Part shown: positions 19,158-30,147 of the stretch, piece after piece
Numbering within the stretch: position 1 is the stretch's first letter
How the letters are laid out: each line of letters starts with the position of its first letter
NCBI GenBank assembly: GCA_017302895.1
Contig: JAFLBV010000003.1
Location: 71,115 to 135,114, forward strand
Length of the DNA stretch: 64,000 nucleotides
Direction of reading: 5' to 3'
DNA from: Ignavibacteria bacterium
GTDB taxonomy: Bacteria; Bacteroidota; Ignavibacteria; Ignavibacteriales; Ignavibacteriaceae
The notes under the pieces: model-generated
Databases searched by the model: none
Seen by the model: the letters and a program-made list of their open reading frames with translations, nothing else
What the model was told of the DNA's origin: nothing
Program-made: the position numbers and the translations under genes

Positions 19158-19655
19158 ATGGCATCTAATCATTCATTCGATATAGTTTCAGAAGTTGACT
19201 TTCAGGAAGTTGACAATGCTGTCAATCAGGCACTCAAAGAAATCATTCAAAGATATGACCTGAAAGAGTCTCACACCACTATCGAACTTTCAAAAAAAGA
19301 CAAGAGTATAACCATCCACACAAAGGATGACTACTCTCTCAGCCAGAGCGTTGATATTCTTCAGACAAAGTTCATTCGAAGAGGAATGTCGATAAAGGTA
19401 TTAAAAATGAATGAAGCCGAACCTGCAGCAGCAGGAACCTTGAGACAGAAAATCGACCTGAGAAGTGGTATCTCAAAGGAAGACGCAAAGGAAATCACCA
19501 AACTTATAAAAGATTCAAAACTTAAGGTAAATGCTCAGATTCAAGATGAGCAGGTGAGGGTTACCGGATCGAAGATTGATGATTTACAGGCTGTTCAGCA
19601 ACTCGTTAAAGACAAGGATTTTCCTTTCCCTGTACAGTTCGTCAACTACAAATAA
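19158..19655 (+). CDS. yajQ: YajQ-family nucleotide-binding protein (UPF0234)
   Basis: 165 aa. The N-terminal SFDIVSEVDFQEVDNAVNQALKE is the YajQ signature. Confidence 0.85.
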   Translation: MASNHSFDIVSEVDFQEVDNAVNQALKEIIQRYDLKESHTTIELSKKDKSITIHTKDDYSLSQSVDILQTKFIRRGMSIKVLKMNEAEPAAAGTLRQKIDLRSGISKEDAKEITKLIKDSKLKVNAQIQDEQVRVTGSKIDDLQAVQQLVKDKDFPFPVQFVNYK

Positions 19656-19689
19656 AAAGTCATAACTCATAAGTAATAACTTATAAGTC

Positions 19690-22308
19690 CTATCTTCTTC
19701 CACTGAAGAAATTATCAGATTTTTCGAGTTTAAGGTCCTGCAATTGCGGGGCTTTAACTTTTATTTCAAATCTGTAACCTGTATAAGTGCCGACAGGATT
19801 CCACACAAAATTCATAATCCAGCAATGGAGATCCCTGCTTACAACTATTTGTGGTGCTGCGAACTCTTTGTTTTCAAAATCATAGCTTCCCCCAAGTGTA
19901 AATTTCCAGAATTTGGTCAAATTGAAATTTAAATCAGCCCGAAGGGTGGTGTATTTTAATATCTGAACTGGAGTTACCCTGTTCTCGTTGTAATTAAATG
20001 ACAAATTCAACGACCATGGAATGGAAAAATCGGGGTCAACTTCCGCAAACAGTCCCTGATAATTCCTGTTCTGATAAAAAACTTTTTGTTCTACATTCAC
20101 CGAATCTTTTTTTGTCTCATCAGCTATTCTCTCTCCCGTCAGAGTGGCCGAAGCTGAAAAGTTGAAGTTCCGCAACTGCAACAGACCCTGCCCCTCAGCG
20201 ATGAGAAATTTATTGATTTCCCTGCCATTTGCATCCCAGACATAAGGACTGAAAACTGCCGACCCGGAAAGACTCAGAAAATCGAGAACCTGAGTCCTGT
20301 AATCGAGAAACAAATTTGAAAGTTTTAGAGAATCAGCGGCAAAATTGTGTGATATTCCTCCGTTGACATTCAGCAACTGGATTTTCTTTTCTTTGGAAGT
20401 GGTATCCGTAGGATCCGGTTTTGTCTTTATTTCAAAGATGTTCGAAAGCCCCAGCCGCATGCTTTGTTGCTCACCTGTCGAAGCTCCGCCAAAGATTTCT
20501 CTCTCATATTTGTTATACTTAACCACTCTGCCGGTAGCATCGGTATATGCACCAAAATAACCCCAGCCATCCAATGAAAAATCGGGCTGATAGTCATAAC
20601 TCAAAGTTGGTATGAATGTGTGACGAAGGGAGGAAATTCCGAAAGTGTTTACCGGGAAAATTCCGTAGAGTTTGGTAGTTGCCGAAACCCCGACGCGAAA
20701 AGTTCTGACAAAACCGATTTTATCGACATCATTAGTGATAATTGAATCTTTCAAAGCATTTGACGACATCAACGAGTAGTTATACGAATTCATCATGTTT
20801 GCACTGCTGCCATCAGGAATGTAAATCGATGTTCGCTCTATCTGCTTGTTGTACCATAATTCCTGATAACTCACATTTGGAGTTACATTTATGTATCCTA
20901 TTTTTGGAGAGAGTGAGAAATTGAGACTGTGCCTCACACCACCCCTCACATCCAAAACACCATCGGTATTTTTCCTGTTATTCTGCAGCTGTCCGGAATA
21001 GCTTATTCCGAGTTTTTCGTACCAGGCTTCATCAGTTTTTATTTCAGCACTTCGAAAAGGATAAAAAACAGACTTCGAGAAGGAAATATTAGGCAATATT
21101 TCGTTGATATTACCAGTCTGCAAATCCTGTTCTCTACTGTAATTTACACTAAGCCCTGCTCCGAATTCCTCAAAATTCTGGAAATATGAGATATTGGAAT
21201 AGATGTTATTCCGTAACAGATCGTTATAGTTCGAGGAATTCTGTTTTATATAATTGCTCGAAAGAAACTCGATATTGGCGTCTATTCTGGAATCAGGGGT
21301 CAGAGGCTGATTGTGAACCAGTCTCAATCGCCAGTTTTTCTCATCAGTTCTGTCGGGATCAGTTGATTCCCCCTGGTTTAGATTTGAGTACCCCGCCTCC
21401 ACAAAACCTGAGAAATCATACCTTTTTACATAGCGGAAATTTCCATTTATACCCCAACCACCACGGGTATAATAATCACCTGTTGTGGTCAAATCCATAT
21501 AATCGTTTATAGCCCAGTAGTACCCAAACCGGGAAAGATACCTTCCGTAACCGGTCCTGTTTCCAAATGCAGGTGTTAGCAGTCCCGACCGTCTTCCCTT
21601 TTGTAATGGGATAACAGCAAAAGGAAGCGGCACCGGAAAGGGTACACCGCCGAAAGTGAGCCAGATCCACTTTCCTATTAACTGTTCATCGGGAATGACT
21701 TTCATTTCTGTACATTTGAAGCCATAGTGCGGCGGATTATGTTCACAGGTGGTATAAAATCCTCCCTCAACAAAATAGTTTTTTTCATCCATTTTCTTGA
21801 TTTTTACACCTGAATAGGAAGCCTCCTGATTCGTGGTCGATGCGAATGTTATATAACCCCGTTTGGTCTTGAAGTTATATTTCATCACTTCTCCGTTATA
21901 CTTGTCTTTCCCGTCAATCAGTTCGGGAAGCTGCTTCACTACCTTGTAACCGGCACTGTCAATATAACTTCCATAGGCGTCAACATTGGAGGACTCGAAA
22001 TACACTATAATTTTACCGCTTCTGAGTTCGGTTGTTCGATACTTTATCAATCCTTTGTTGTAGATCTCCATCCTTTTCTGTTTTGTGAAGAAAAGTATCG
22101 AATCTGTAGCTGAAGCATAAATCAGAGTGTCAAGGTCGCTCTTAGCTACTGAATCCTGCGTCAGAATGGTATCGGCAAGTACTGCGAGTGAATCATTTCC
22201 CAGAGGAATGCTGTCTCTGTCCAATTGATAACCCATCCTCACACTGCCTGTAAGGGGAGAACAGGCAACCGTACCAAGAACAATCAGTAATACTAAAAAG
22301 CGATTCAT
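19690..22308 (-). CDS. lptD: LPS-assembly protein LptD-like (Bacteroidota-type)
   Basis: 872 aa with a signal peptide and an OstA-like N-terminal part followed by a large barrel. The segment KGRRSGLLTPAFGNRTGYGRYLSRFGYYWAINDYMDLT is characteristic of this LptD family. Confidence 0.7.
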   Translation of the reverse strand: MNRFLVLLIVLGTVACSPLTGSVRMGYQLDRDSIPLGNDSLAVLADTILTQDSVAKSDLDTLIYASATDSILFFTKQKRMEIYNKGLIKYRTTELRSGKIIVYFESSNVDAYGSYIDSAGYKVVKQLPELIDGKDKYNGEVMKYNFKTKRGYITFASTTNQEASYSGVKIKKMDEKNYFVEGGFYTTCEHNPPHYGFKCTEMKVIPDEQLIGKWIWLTFGGVPFPVPLPFAVIPLQKGRRSGLLTPAFGNRTGYGRYLSRFGYYWAINDYMDLTTTGDYYTRGGWGINGNFRYVKRYDFSGFVEAGYSNLNQGESTDPDRTDEKNWRLRLVHNQPLTPDSRIDANIEFLSSNYIKQNSSNYNDLLRNNIYSNISYFQNFEEFGAGLSVNYSREQDLQTGNINEILPNISFSKSVFYPFRSAEIKTDEAWYEKLGISYSGQLQNNRKNTDGVLDVRGGVRHSLNFSLSPKIGYINVTPNVSYQELWYNKQIERTSIYIPDGSSANMMNSYNYSLMSSNALKDSIITNDVDKIGFVRTFRVGVSATTKLYGIFPVNTFGISSLRHTFIPTLSYDYQPDFSLDGWGYFGAYTDATGRVVKYNKYEREIFGGASTGEQQSMRLGLSNIFEIKTKPDPTDTTSKEKKIQLLNVNGGISHNFAADSLKLSNLFLDYRTQVLDFLSLSGSAVFSPYVWDANGREINKFLIAEGQGLLQLRNFNFSASATLTGERIADETKKDSVNVEQKVFYQNRNYQGLFAEVDPDFSIPWSLNLSFNYNENRVTPVQILKYTTLRADLNFNLTKFWKFTLGGSYDFENKEFAAPQIVVSRDLHCWIMNFVWNPVGTYTGYRFEIKVKAPQLQDLKLEKSDNFFSGRR

Positions 22309-22318
22309 TAGTATTGGA

Positions 22319-23326
22319 TTACGCTTCCATATTTGAATTTATTGTCTTAATGGATTCTTCAATTTTTGTACCGATCATATGGGCGACCCGTAAAGCTTTT
22401 AATCCGTCTTCGCCTGACACCACCGGGGTAGTTCTCTCGATTACCGCTCTAATAAAGAGTTCGAGTTCATATTCAAGTGCATTCACTTTCGGAGCCTCCG
22501 CCTGCTCATAGACAACACTTTTTGCATTGGCGCCAACACCGATAAGCCCGAATGAAAATGCTGCTCCTGATGGCTCACTCGGCGATACCAGTCTGTAGAT
22601 TTCTGTTGTACCGGTTATAAAATCGAGAGTAATGTAGTTATCCTTTTGGAAGAGTCGCATTTTTCTCATTTTCTTTTGTGAGATGCGGCTCGCAGTAACC
22701 ACCGCAACTGCCCCGTTTGCAAATTCTATCCTGCAGTTTGCAATGTCAGTTGTTGGAGATACAACGGCTATCCCGCTAGCATCCACTTTCACCACTTCAC
22801 TCTTAACAAGGCTAAGAATGATATCGATGTCGTGAATCATCAAATCCAGCACAACTGCCACATCCGTACCTCTGGGGTTAAATTGGGCAAGCCGGTCTGT
22901 CTGAATAAATTTTGGTTCGAGATTATATTTGTCGACTGCGAGTATTGCGGGATTAAACCTTTCGATGTGACCGACCTGTATCAGTTTGCCTTTTTCTTTA
23001 GCCAGGGCAACGAGTTTTTCAGCTTCCTCAATTGTTGCTGTAACTGGTTTTTCTATAAATACATCAAGACCGTGCTCGAGACAAAATTTGGCAACACTGT
23101 AATGTGCTGTGGTGGTTACGGCTATCGAAGCAGCCTCACATTCCTGTACCAGCTCCTCAAGAGTGCCAAAGACTTTTATCCCAAATTCATTTGCGCATTT
23201 TTCTGCTCTTTCTTTGGAAGTATCATATACCCCCAAAAGCTCCGCTGATGCAATATTTTTAAGCATCTTGACATGGAGACTGCCAAGATGGCCTGTACCA
23301 ATTACGCCGGTTTTTATCTTTTTCAT
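22319..23326 (-). CDS. Gfo/Idh/MocA-family NAD(P)-dependent oxidoreductase
   Basis: Rossmann motif right at the start (MKKIKTGVIGTGHLG). ATG 23326 is preferred over the upstream ATG at 23380. Confidence 0.8.
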   Translation of the reverse strand: MKKIKTGVIGTGHLGSLHVKMLKNIASAELLGVYDTSKERAEKCANEFGIKVFGTLEELVQECEAASIAVTTTAHYSVAKFCLEHGLDVFIEKPVTATIEEAEKLVALAKEKGKLIQVGHIERFNPAILAVDKYNLEPKFIQTDRLAQFNPRGTDVAVVLDLMIHDIDIILSLVKSEVVKVDASGIAVVSPTTDIANCRIEFANGAVAVVTASRISQKKMRKMRLFQKDNYITLDFITGTTEIYRLVSPSEPSGAAFSFGLIGVGANAKSVVYEQAEAPKVNALEYELELFIRAVIERTTPVVSGEDGLKALRVAHMIGTKIEESIKTINSNMEA

Positions 23327-23517
23327 CGAATTTCTGTCTTGTTTATTTGAGGAAAGAATTGAGCGGGAAAATGAGGGCATGGATCACCCGGGCAACCGGA
23401 ACCATACCCCTCAAATTTTAAAAATGTTGGAGCCACTTTTCTTGAAACTTTTGAAGTGGTGTCTGAAATTCCTCTTCAATTTAAATTTCTGATCAGCTAA
23501 AAGAGCAAACTTTATTT

Positions 23518-23757
23518 TTACTCTTGTATCTCTGCACATTTAATCGAATTGTAAGGAATAAAAATCCTTACTGTTTCACCATTTTCTCTCTCGTTCCTTA
23601 GAAGCAAGCCATCATCGTAGGTGGCTTCAAGCTTCCCCATCTTGAAAACGATCTCATATACGGGAGTATTAGAGAAAGAATCGGTTACCAGTCCGTAATT
23701 TTCAAACATGGTAACATGTACAGATTTTCCTTTGAATTGAGACCAATCAAATTTCAT
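23518..23757 (-). CDS. Hypothetical small protein (79 aa)
   Basis: Isolated ORF with plausible composition and no recognisable motif. Confidence 0.45.
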   Translation of the reverse strand: MKFDWSQFKGKSVHVTMFENYGLVTDSFSNTPVYEIVFKMGKLEATYDDGLLLRNERENGETVRIFIPYNSIKCAEIQE

Positions 23758-23875
23758 AAACTTATCTGACTCCTAATTGAGCATAAACTTTTTTAGAATA
23801 ACTGTTAAATATAATAAATTGATACTGACAGAACAAAATCTCTGTCGGACATTCTTGCAAATATCTGCAATATTT

Positions 23876-24931
23876 TCACTTTTTATTTATTGTTTGATCA
23901 TCCAGCCAGCGAAGCATGGTGTTGATCGCAATAAATTTTGATCTTTTTTGTTTAACTTTCACATTCTCATCGTACAATCTCGCCAGCTCCGCCCCGACAA
24001 TGAATACCATATTTGTATAATAGATCCAAAACGCTATCACTATCAAAAGAGAATAAGTCCCGTATATTTGTCCAAATGAAGCGAGATTATCGATATAATA
24101 TCCAAACGCAAACTTTGCGAGAATCCAAAGTCCTGCAGCAGTCATCGCGCCAACAAACAATGAAACTTTCCTTATTTTTTTTGACGGTACTATCCTGTAG
24201 AAGAAATAGAAAAGAATAAAAATTGATAAAAATGAAACCGCAACAGTAAAAGTTTCCTTTAGCAATACCGAATCAAGCAATCCAAGAAAGGGCATCTCCA
24301 TCGCTATCCTCTGAAGAACCATCAAAGCCGGCAAAATCAGGAATATCGCAAAAAACAGAACTATCATCACGAGTATCAGAAGAAAATCAACCAGTTTCGA
24401 GATAATTATGTTTTTCTGCTCGGGCACATCAAATACATTGTGCAGAACGGTCCTGATACTCGAGAAGAACCCCGATGCAGCAAACAATAATGCGCTGAAA
24501 CCGATGATTCCGGCGACATTTTTGTACTCTACAAGCTCCTCAATTCTCCCGCCTATCATCGTCTTTGCAAATTCCGCATAACTCTGATACGGTATCAGCG
24601 CATCGATAAATGTATTAATCCTCCCGACAAATTCTACCGAGGTAAGAAAATTTCCCAAAATAAAGAACATGATAAGAGTAATCGGGATTATACATAAGAA
24701 TAGAGAAAAAGCGAGCGCTCCCGAAAAAAGAAAGACATGATGCTGATCAAATCTGTCAATAAATCTTAATATCCACTCTACATAAACTTTGTAAAGCCCG
24801 TTAACCCGGTTATAGGTCGACTTCTTTTTGAACATTTCAGGTTCAAAAACGAACACTCCATCAAATATCAATACAAATATTTTGAAAAATGGCTTAACTT
24901 TTTCTTGCCATAAGTTCCGGAATAGCTTCAT
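23876..24931 (-). CDS. YihY/BrkB-family inner membrane protein
   Basis: Polytopic, with the typical [18 protein letters not shown] segment. The alternative start ATG 24835 (MFKKKSTY) would remove the 38-nt overlap with purL. Confidence 0.75.
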   Translation of the reverse strand: MKLFRNLWQEKVKPFFKIFVLIFDGVFVFEPEMFKKKSTYNRVNGLYKVYVEWILRFIDRFDQHHVFLFSGALAFSLFLCIIPITLIMFFILGNFLTSVEFVGRINTFIDALIPYQSYAEFAKTMIGGRIEELVEYKNVAGIIGFSALLFAASGFFSSIRTVLHNVFDVPEQKNIIISKLVDFLLILVMIVLFFAIFLILPALMVLQRIAMEMPFLGLLDSVLLKETFTVAVSFLSIFILFYFFYRIVPSKKIRKVSLFVGAMTAAGLWILAKFAFGYYIDNLASFGQIYGTYSLLIVIAFWIYYTNMVFIVGAELARLYDENVKVKQKRSKFIAINTMLRWLDDQTINKK

Positions 24932-27119
24932 AATATCTTTCTTTTAGCTCCGATATCTCAAATTCAATATCATTTATCTTTACTTTTTTTCCCCCTGTTT
25001 TCCCTGCCACCTTGACTGGAACACCTTTTTCGTGTGCCAATGTCTCAAACTTGGACAGGTTTTCCGGTGCAATTGAGAAGACAATCCTTCCCTGGGTTTC
25101 GGAAAAGAAAGCGAAATCTTCGCGAGTGCCGGAGAAACTGACTTCTGCTCCAACAGGATTCTCTTCGTCCGCAATGCACGACTCAATTATTGTGACCACA
25201 ACACCACCTTCAGACACATCGTGTGCCGAATTAACCATCCCCGACTTTATAACTGCAAGAGTGAAATCGTGCAGTTTTTTCTCTTTCTCCAGATCACAAA
25301 CAGGAGGTGTTCCTTTTACCAGTTTGTGGATGATCTTTAAATACTCGGAACCGCCAATTTCTTCAGCATCCTCTCCGGCAACAATTATAAGGTCTCCTTC
25401 ATTTTTGAAGTGCATCCCTGTAATGTGGGACAAATCTTCAATCAAACCAAGCATTCCAACTACGGGTGTCGGATATACTGCAGAATCCGGTGACTCGTTG
25501 TAGAAGGAGACATTCCCTCCTGTCACGGGTGTATCAAAAAATCTGCATGCCTCGCCCATTCCGGTAACAGCTTCTTTGAATTGCCAGTAAATTTCAGGCT
25601 TATACGGATTTCCAAAATTCAGGCAATTTGTGATAGCGAGTGGAATTGCGCCCGTACAAACGACATTTCTCGCAGCCTCTGCCACGGCGAGTTTGCCCCC
25701 TTCCCTCGGATCGAGATAAACGAACCTCGAGTTACAATCTGTTTTCACTGCTATCGCTTTATTGGTGTCTTTCAGGTATACCACAGCAGCGTCACCGGCT
25801 CCCGGTCCCTTTACGGTATTGGTTCTAACCATACTGTCATATTGCCTGTAAACCCATTTTTTGGATGCAATCACCGGAGACGACAAAACCTTCAGAACTG
25901 CAGCTTTCAGATCTCCGGGAACGGGAAGTTCTGTTTTTTCGAATTTTGCTGTTTCCTCCAAATAAAGTGGTTTCCGGGTCTCTCTGTCATATTGCGGAGC
26001 ACCACCTCCAAGTACGAGATCGTAAGGATCTACATCGGCTTTTAACTCACCGTTGTAAAAGATTTTTACTCTTCTGTCTGCAGTAACTTCCCCGATTGTT
26101 TCGCAATGAAGATCCCATTTTTCGAAAACTTCTTTTACATCTTTCTCAAACTCTTTTTTTGCAACTACGAGCATTCTCTCCTGACTTTCAGAAAGCATTA
26201 TCTCGTAAGCTGTCATCCCTGTTTCACGAAGTGGCACTTTTGACAAATCGATCGTCATGCCGTGATTCCCCTTCCCGCTCATTTCGGTGGTTGAGCACGA
26301 GATTCCCGCTGCTCCCATGTCCTGTATTCCCACAATGTAACCTTTTCTGATGACTTCCAGACTTGCTTCGAGCAACAGTTTTTCGGTAAACGGGTCACCA
26401 ACCTGAACCGATGGACGCTTTGCCTCACTTTTCTCCGAAATTTCTTCGGAAGCGAATGTAGCACCATGAATACCGTCCCGTCCCGTGGATGAACCCACTA
26501 TAATCACAGGATTTCCCGCTCCCTCGGCAGTGGCGGAAGCTGTCATTCCGTGTTTGACAACTCCGACAGCCATCGCATTTACTAAAGGGTTACCATGGTA
26601 ACATTCGTCAAAATAGACTTCTCCGGCTACTGTCGGAACACCGAAACAATTTCCATAATCTGCGATGCCCTCAACCACCCCGTTGAAAAGGTATCTTGTC
26701 CGGTCGTCGTCAAGCGAACCAAACCGAAGCGAGTTCAAAGCCGCTATAGGTCGGGCACCCATCGTGAAGATATCCCTCAAAATGCCTCCGACACCTGTGG
26801 CAGCACCCTGATACGGTTCGACTGCAGACGGATGATTATGACTTTCGATTTTAAAAGCTATTGCGAAACCGTCTCCAATATCCACAAGTCCGGCGTTCTC
26901 CTCCCCCGCACCCACGAGGAGTCTCCCACCGCTTCTGGGCAATGTTTTTATCAGCTTAATGGAATTTTTATAACTGCAATGCTCACTCCACATTACACTG
27001 AATATCCCAAGTTCTGTGAATGAAGGCGTCCTCCCTAGACGGGTGCAAATATCTTCAAATTCCTCTTTGGTAAGTCCGTGTTCAAATGCCAGTTCAAGTG
27101 TTACTTCAGGTTCTTTCAT
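24894..27119 (-). CDS. purL: Phosphoribosylformylglycinamidine synthase subunit II
   Basis: 741 aa. Motifs are [31 protein letters not shown] and IQDMGAAG. Confidence 0.93.
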   Translation of the reverse strand: MKEPEVTLELAFEHGLTKEEFEDICTRLGRTPSFTELGIFSVMWSEHCSYKNSIKLIKTLPRSGGRLLVGAGEENAGLVDIGDGFAIAFKIESHNHPSAVEPYQGAATGVGGILRDIFTMGARPIAALNSLRFGSLDDDRTRYLFNGVVEGIADYGNCFGVPTVAGEVYFDECYHGNPLVNAMAVGVVKHGMTASATAEGAGNPVIIVGSSTGRDGIHGATFASEEISEKSEAKRPSVQVGDPFTEKLLLEASLEVIRKGYIVGIQDMGAAGISCSTTEMSGKGNHGMTIDLSKVPLRETGMTAYEIMLSESQERMLVVAKKEFEKDVKEVFEKWDLHCETIGEVTADRRVKIFYNGELKADVDPYDLVLGGGAPQYDRETRKPLYLEETAKFEKTELPVPGDLKAAVLKVLSSPVIASKKWVYRQYDSMVRTNTVKGPGAGDAAVVYLKDTNKAIAVKTDCNSRFVYLDPREGGKLAVAEAARNVVCTGAIPLAITNCLNFGNPYKPEIYWQFKEAVTGMGEACRFFDTPVTGGNVSFYNESPDSAVYPTPVVGMLGLIEDLSHITGMHFKNEGDLIIVAGEDAEEIGGSEYLKIIHKLVKGTPPVCDLEKEKKLHDFTLAVIKSGMVNSAHDVSEGGVVVTIIESCIADEENPVGAEVSFSGTREDFAFFSETQGRIVFSIAPENLSKFETLAHEKGVPVKVAGKTGGKKVKINDIEFEISELKERYYEAIPELMARKS

Positions 27120-27156
27120 TCGTCAATTCCATTGGTTTCTAAATTTTCGGTTAATT

Positions 27157-27843
27157 TCAGGCAAGATATTGCTGCCATATATCATAAAGTTGGTAAGTGG
27201 CAAAGATATCCCTCCCGCAATATTCAGCAATTTCTTTTATTCTCCCTTCATGATACATGTTTTTTACTTCAGAACCTGAAACATCTTTAGATTTGGGAGT
27301 TTTAATTCCAAAACTGTGACAGTAAAAATCGAGGTTGAATTTGCGGAATCCGCCATAAAAAGATAACTGTTCGAGAAGATCGAGGTGCAGCTTGCTGTCA
27401 AACCTGTTTCCCATCAAATTTTTCGAAGGTTTTATGCCAAGAAGTGCCGATCGCAACATCAGGAATGGAACATCAAATCCCCTCCCGTTAAAGGAAATAA
27501 GTTGATCAACTTTTGAAACAAATTCCCAAAACTTTATCAAAATTTCCCGTTCAGGCAATCCCTTGTAGCTAAAACCGGTCTCTTCCGACTGCCACACTTC
27601 CTCAGTCTCATTTTCGTAAAAAACATAGCCTTTTTGCTGCTCTACATAATACATCCCGATGACGACAACTTTCGATGTGAAAGGATACAAAGCTGTCCAG
27701 TCTTTAAGTTCCGCCTGTTTCCGTTCCTTATCCTCAGGGGTTTTTTCTTTTTCTGCGTCTCTCAGTAGGTATTCCTGCTGGCTCGGGGAAAATGATTCCC
27801 ATGGCAAGGCGACAGTTTCTATATCAAAAACGATTCTTTTCAT
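27157..27843 (-). CDS. RNase H-fold 3'-5' exonuclease (PolB-exonuclease-like, DEDDy)
   Basis: ExoI VFDIETV, ExoII SFNGRGFDVPFL, ExoIII YCGRDIFATYQLY. There is a 4-nt start/stop overlap with the upstream thioesterase gene. Confidence 0.75.
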   Translation of the reverse strand: MKRIVFDIETVALPWESFSPSQQEYLLRDAEKEKTPEDKERKQAELKDWTALYPFTSKVVVIGMYYVEQQKGYVFYENETEEVWQSEETGFSYKGLPEREILIKFWEFVSKVDQLISFNGRGFDVPFLMLRSALLGIKPSKNLMGNRFDSKLHLDLLEQLSFYGGFRKFNLDFYCHSFGIKTPKSKDVSGSEVKNMYHEGRIKEIAEYCGRDIFATYQLYDIWQQYLA

Positions 27844-28316
27844 GTTCTTTTGCTCCTGTCAAAACTTCTTTTCTCAAATGATCCGACTTTTGCCGCAAAT
27901 TCGTCACTCAACGGAGCTGTTTTTCCTGTTTTTTGATCAACCTGAGCAACAACACCGGATCCGTCGACCACCACTTCACCTGTAGTTTTATTCACGATTA
28001 CATGCTCAAACCCGTAGGAGGAATTCCCAATGTAAGATATCCTTGTATGAATCTCGAGTTCATCATCATATTTCGAATGTCTTCTGTAGTTAATCTCATT
28101 CCTTACCATGAAAAAATCGAAACCATCGGTGAATAAACCTCGCTCGGGAATCAATCCGGCTTCTTTCAGATATTCGAGACGGGATTGCTCCAAAAAAGAG
28201 ACATAAACAGCGTTATTGCAAACGCCAAGCATGTCAACTTCATGGAATCTTACTTTCAACTTTGTAACATGATAAAATGCGTGTCCGTTGTACTCAAACA
28301 TTTTTACAACCTCCAC
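27840..28316 (-). CDS. Acyl-CoA thioesterase, 4HBT/YbgC-like hotdog fold
   Basis: 158 aa. VRFHEVDMLGVCNNAVYVSFLEQSRLEYL is typical of YbgC-type thioesterases. Confidence 0.75.
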   Translation of the reverse strand: MEVVKMFEYNGHAFYHVTKLKVRFHEVDMLGVCNNAVYVSFLEQSRLEYLKEAGLIPERGLFTDGFDFFMVRNEINYRRHSKYDDELEIHTRISYIGNSSYGFEHVIVNKTTGEVVVDGSGVVAQVDQKTGKTAPLSDEFAAKVGSFEKRSFDRSKRT

Positions 28317-29395
28317 AATATATTGAGTGCTTCGATAATCTGATCTTTATTCACATCCATGTGTGTTATAGCCCTTACTGTTCCAATTGGACCGGGAAGA
28401 AAACGAAGACCCTCCGCCTCACACTCTGCCATCAATACTTCAGGTGATTTTGTTCTGTGTTTGAAAATGAGAATATTTGTTTGAACAGAATCTGAATCAA
28501 TCTCATATTGGGGCATGTTCGCAAGTTCTCTTGCCATAAATCCGGCATTTTCATGATCCTCATGAAGTCTGGAAATATTATTCTTCAGAGCATAAAGTCC
28601 CGCTGCGGCTAATACTCCAACCTGCCTTGCCCCACCTCCCCATGCTTTTCTGAACCGGAATGCCTCTTTGATAAAATCCCTGTTCCCGGCAATAACAGAA
28701 CCAACAGGCGCTCCCAAACCTTTCGACAGACAACAGGAAACTGAATCGAAGTGAGAAGTAATCTCTTTTGGCTCCACACCGAGACTCACGGCAGCATTCC
28801 ACACTCTTGCACCGTCCAGATGGAAAATAAATCCCTTTTCATGCACAAATTTTTCAAGTTTTTTTATTGTCTCAAGAGGATAAACCCTCCCCATTCTCCT
28901 GTTATGCGTGTTTTCAAGGGCAATTACTCTGGTTCTTGGCATGTAGTAGGCTTCGAGAGGTCTGATCGCTGGTGCGACCAGTTCGGGTGTCATAATACCG
29001 TCCTTTGTAAAAACCGGAAACAACTGTAAACCGCTCAATACTGCCGGAGAGCCAGATTCATAATAAAAAATATGCGATTCAGCATCGCAAATTACCTCGT
29101 CGTGTGGCTGTGTGTGGGTTTTGAGGCACAACTGGTTACCCATTACGCCGCTGAAAACGAAGAGTGCTGTTTCAAACCCCAAGAGATCTGCCGCATACTC
29201 CTGAAATTCATTTACAGTTGGATCTTCTTTAAAAACATCATCCCCAACTTCGGCATCGTACATTGCCCTTCTCATATCAGGCGAAGGTTTTGTAACTGTG
29301 TCGCTTCTTAAATCAATTATTTTCAAAATGTCATCCAAATTCTGTTTTAATTCATCTTCAAAAATACCACTTTTTTTCGTTTGCCTGACAATCAT
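28304..29395 (-). CDS. ltaE: Low-specificity L-threonine aldolase (PLP-dependent)
   Basis: IDLRSDTVTKPSPDMRRAM...GDDVFKEDPTVNE and the Lys region CCLSKGLGAPVGS. The start may lie further downstream than the track start. Confidence 0.8.
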   Translation of the reverse strand: MIVRQTKKSGIFEDELKQNLDDILKIIDLRSDTVTKPSPDMRRAMYDAEVGDDVFKEDPTVNEFQEYAADLLGFETALFVFSGVMGNQLCLKTHTQPHDEVICDAESHIFYYESGSPAVLSGLQLFPVFTKDGIMTPELVAPAIRPLEAYYMPRTRVIALENTHNRRMGRVYPLETIKKLEKFVHEKGFIFHLDGARVWNAAVSLGVEPKEITSHFDSVSCCLSKGLGAPVGSVIAGNRDFIKEAFRFRKAWGGGARQVGVLAAAGLYALKNNISRLHEDHENAGFMARELANMPQYEIDSDSVQTNILIFKHRTKSPEVLMAECEAEGLRFLPGPIGTVRAITHMDVNKDQIIEALNILWRL

Positions 29396-29708
29396 TAATT
29401 GAATTCCCGGTCTGGAAAGAGAATGGCTAAATGCGCTGCATCACGATATTATTTCCATTCAAAATAAATTTTATCCTTCCATGGAATTATTTTGCATAAT
29501 GACCGGTTTTTAAATTATATTTGCATTGTACATAGTACACATTTTTGGACGGGTGTACATTATTAAGGGCAACCCGTAAAACTTTACAAAGACAAACAGC
29601 GTCTAAAATAGATAAAAGGCGATTTATTACTTAAAATTTACTTTGGCACATTTTTTGTAGCGTTATTATTGAACGAATGAGAACGATACAGACTATAGAG
29701 GTTTAATC

Positions 29709-30086
29709 ATGAAAAGATTTTTTACAATTATAATTTTGGCCACCATACTGGTGGCAGCAGGTCTTCCCTCGATGAAGACTGAAACAAAATCAAGTACTCC
29801 AAAAGGTAACGGAGATAATCCACGCAATTTTGTATTGGAGCAAAATTATCCCAATCCGTTTAATCCTGAAACGACCATCAGCTATCATCTTCCAAACGCT
29901 GGTCAGGTGAGACTTTCAGTGTATAATCTCCTTGGAGTTGAAGTGGCAGTTCTTGTGGATGAGTTTCAGTCAACCGGAACCTACAGCATAAGATTCAACG
30001 CTTCGTCATTGCAGTCGGGAGTTTATCTTTACAAATTGAAAATGGGAAATACCACCCTCACACGGAAAATGACTTACCTCAAGTAA
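29709..30086 (+). CDS. Small secreted protein consisting almost only of a T9SS C-terminal sorting domain
   Basis: 125 aa: signal peptide, roughly 25-aa linker, then EQNYPNPFNPETTISYHLP...GVYLYKLKMGNTTLTRKMTYLK. Confidence 0.75.
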   Translation: MKRFFTIIILATILVAAGLPSMKTETKSSTPKGNGDNPRNFVLEQNYPNPFNPETTISYHLPNAGQVRLSVYNLLGVEVAVLVDEFQSTGTYSIRFNASSLQSGVYLYKLKMGNTTLTRKMTYLK

Positions 30087-30114
30087 TTTCATTTAATCTG
30101 TAATTAAAAGTTTT

Positions 30115-30146
30115 AAGGCTGTCTCATTCGGGGCAGCCTTTTTTAA
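30115..30146 (+). terminator. Intrinsic terminator
   Basis: AAGGCTGTC...GGCAGCCTT hairpin followed by TTTTTT, 29 nt after the stop at 30086. Confidence 0.8.
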
Positions 30147-30147
30147 T

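Noticed and set aside
25012-27023. Several plus-strand ORFs of 62-163 aa (25012-25503, 25581-26045, 26595-27023 and others)
   Set aside because: All lie antisense within purL, whose translation is unambiguous. They are typical shadow ORFs.
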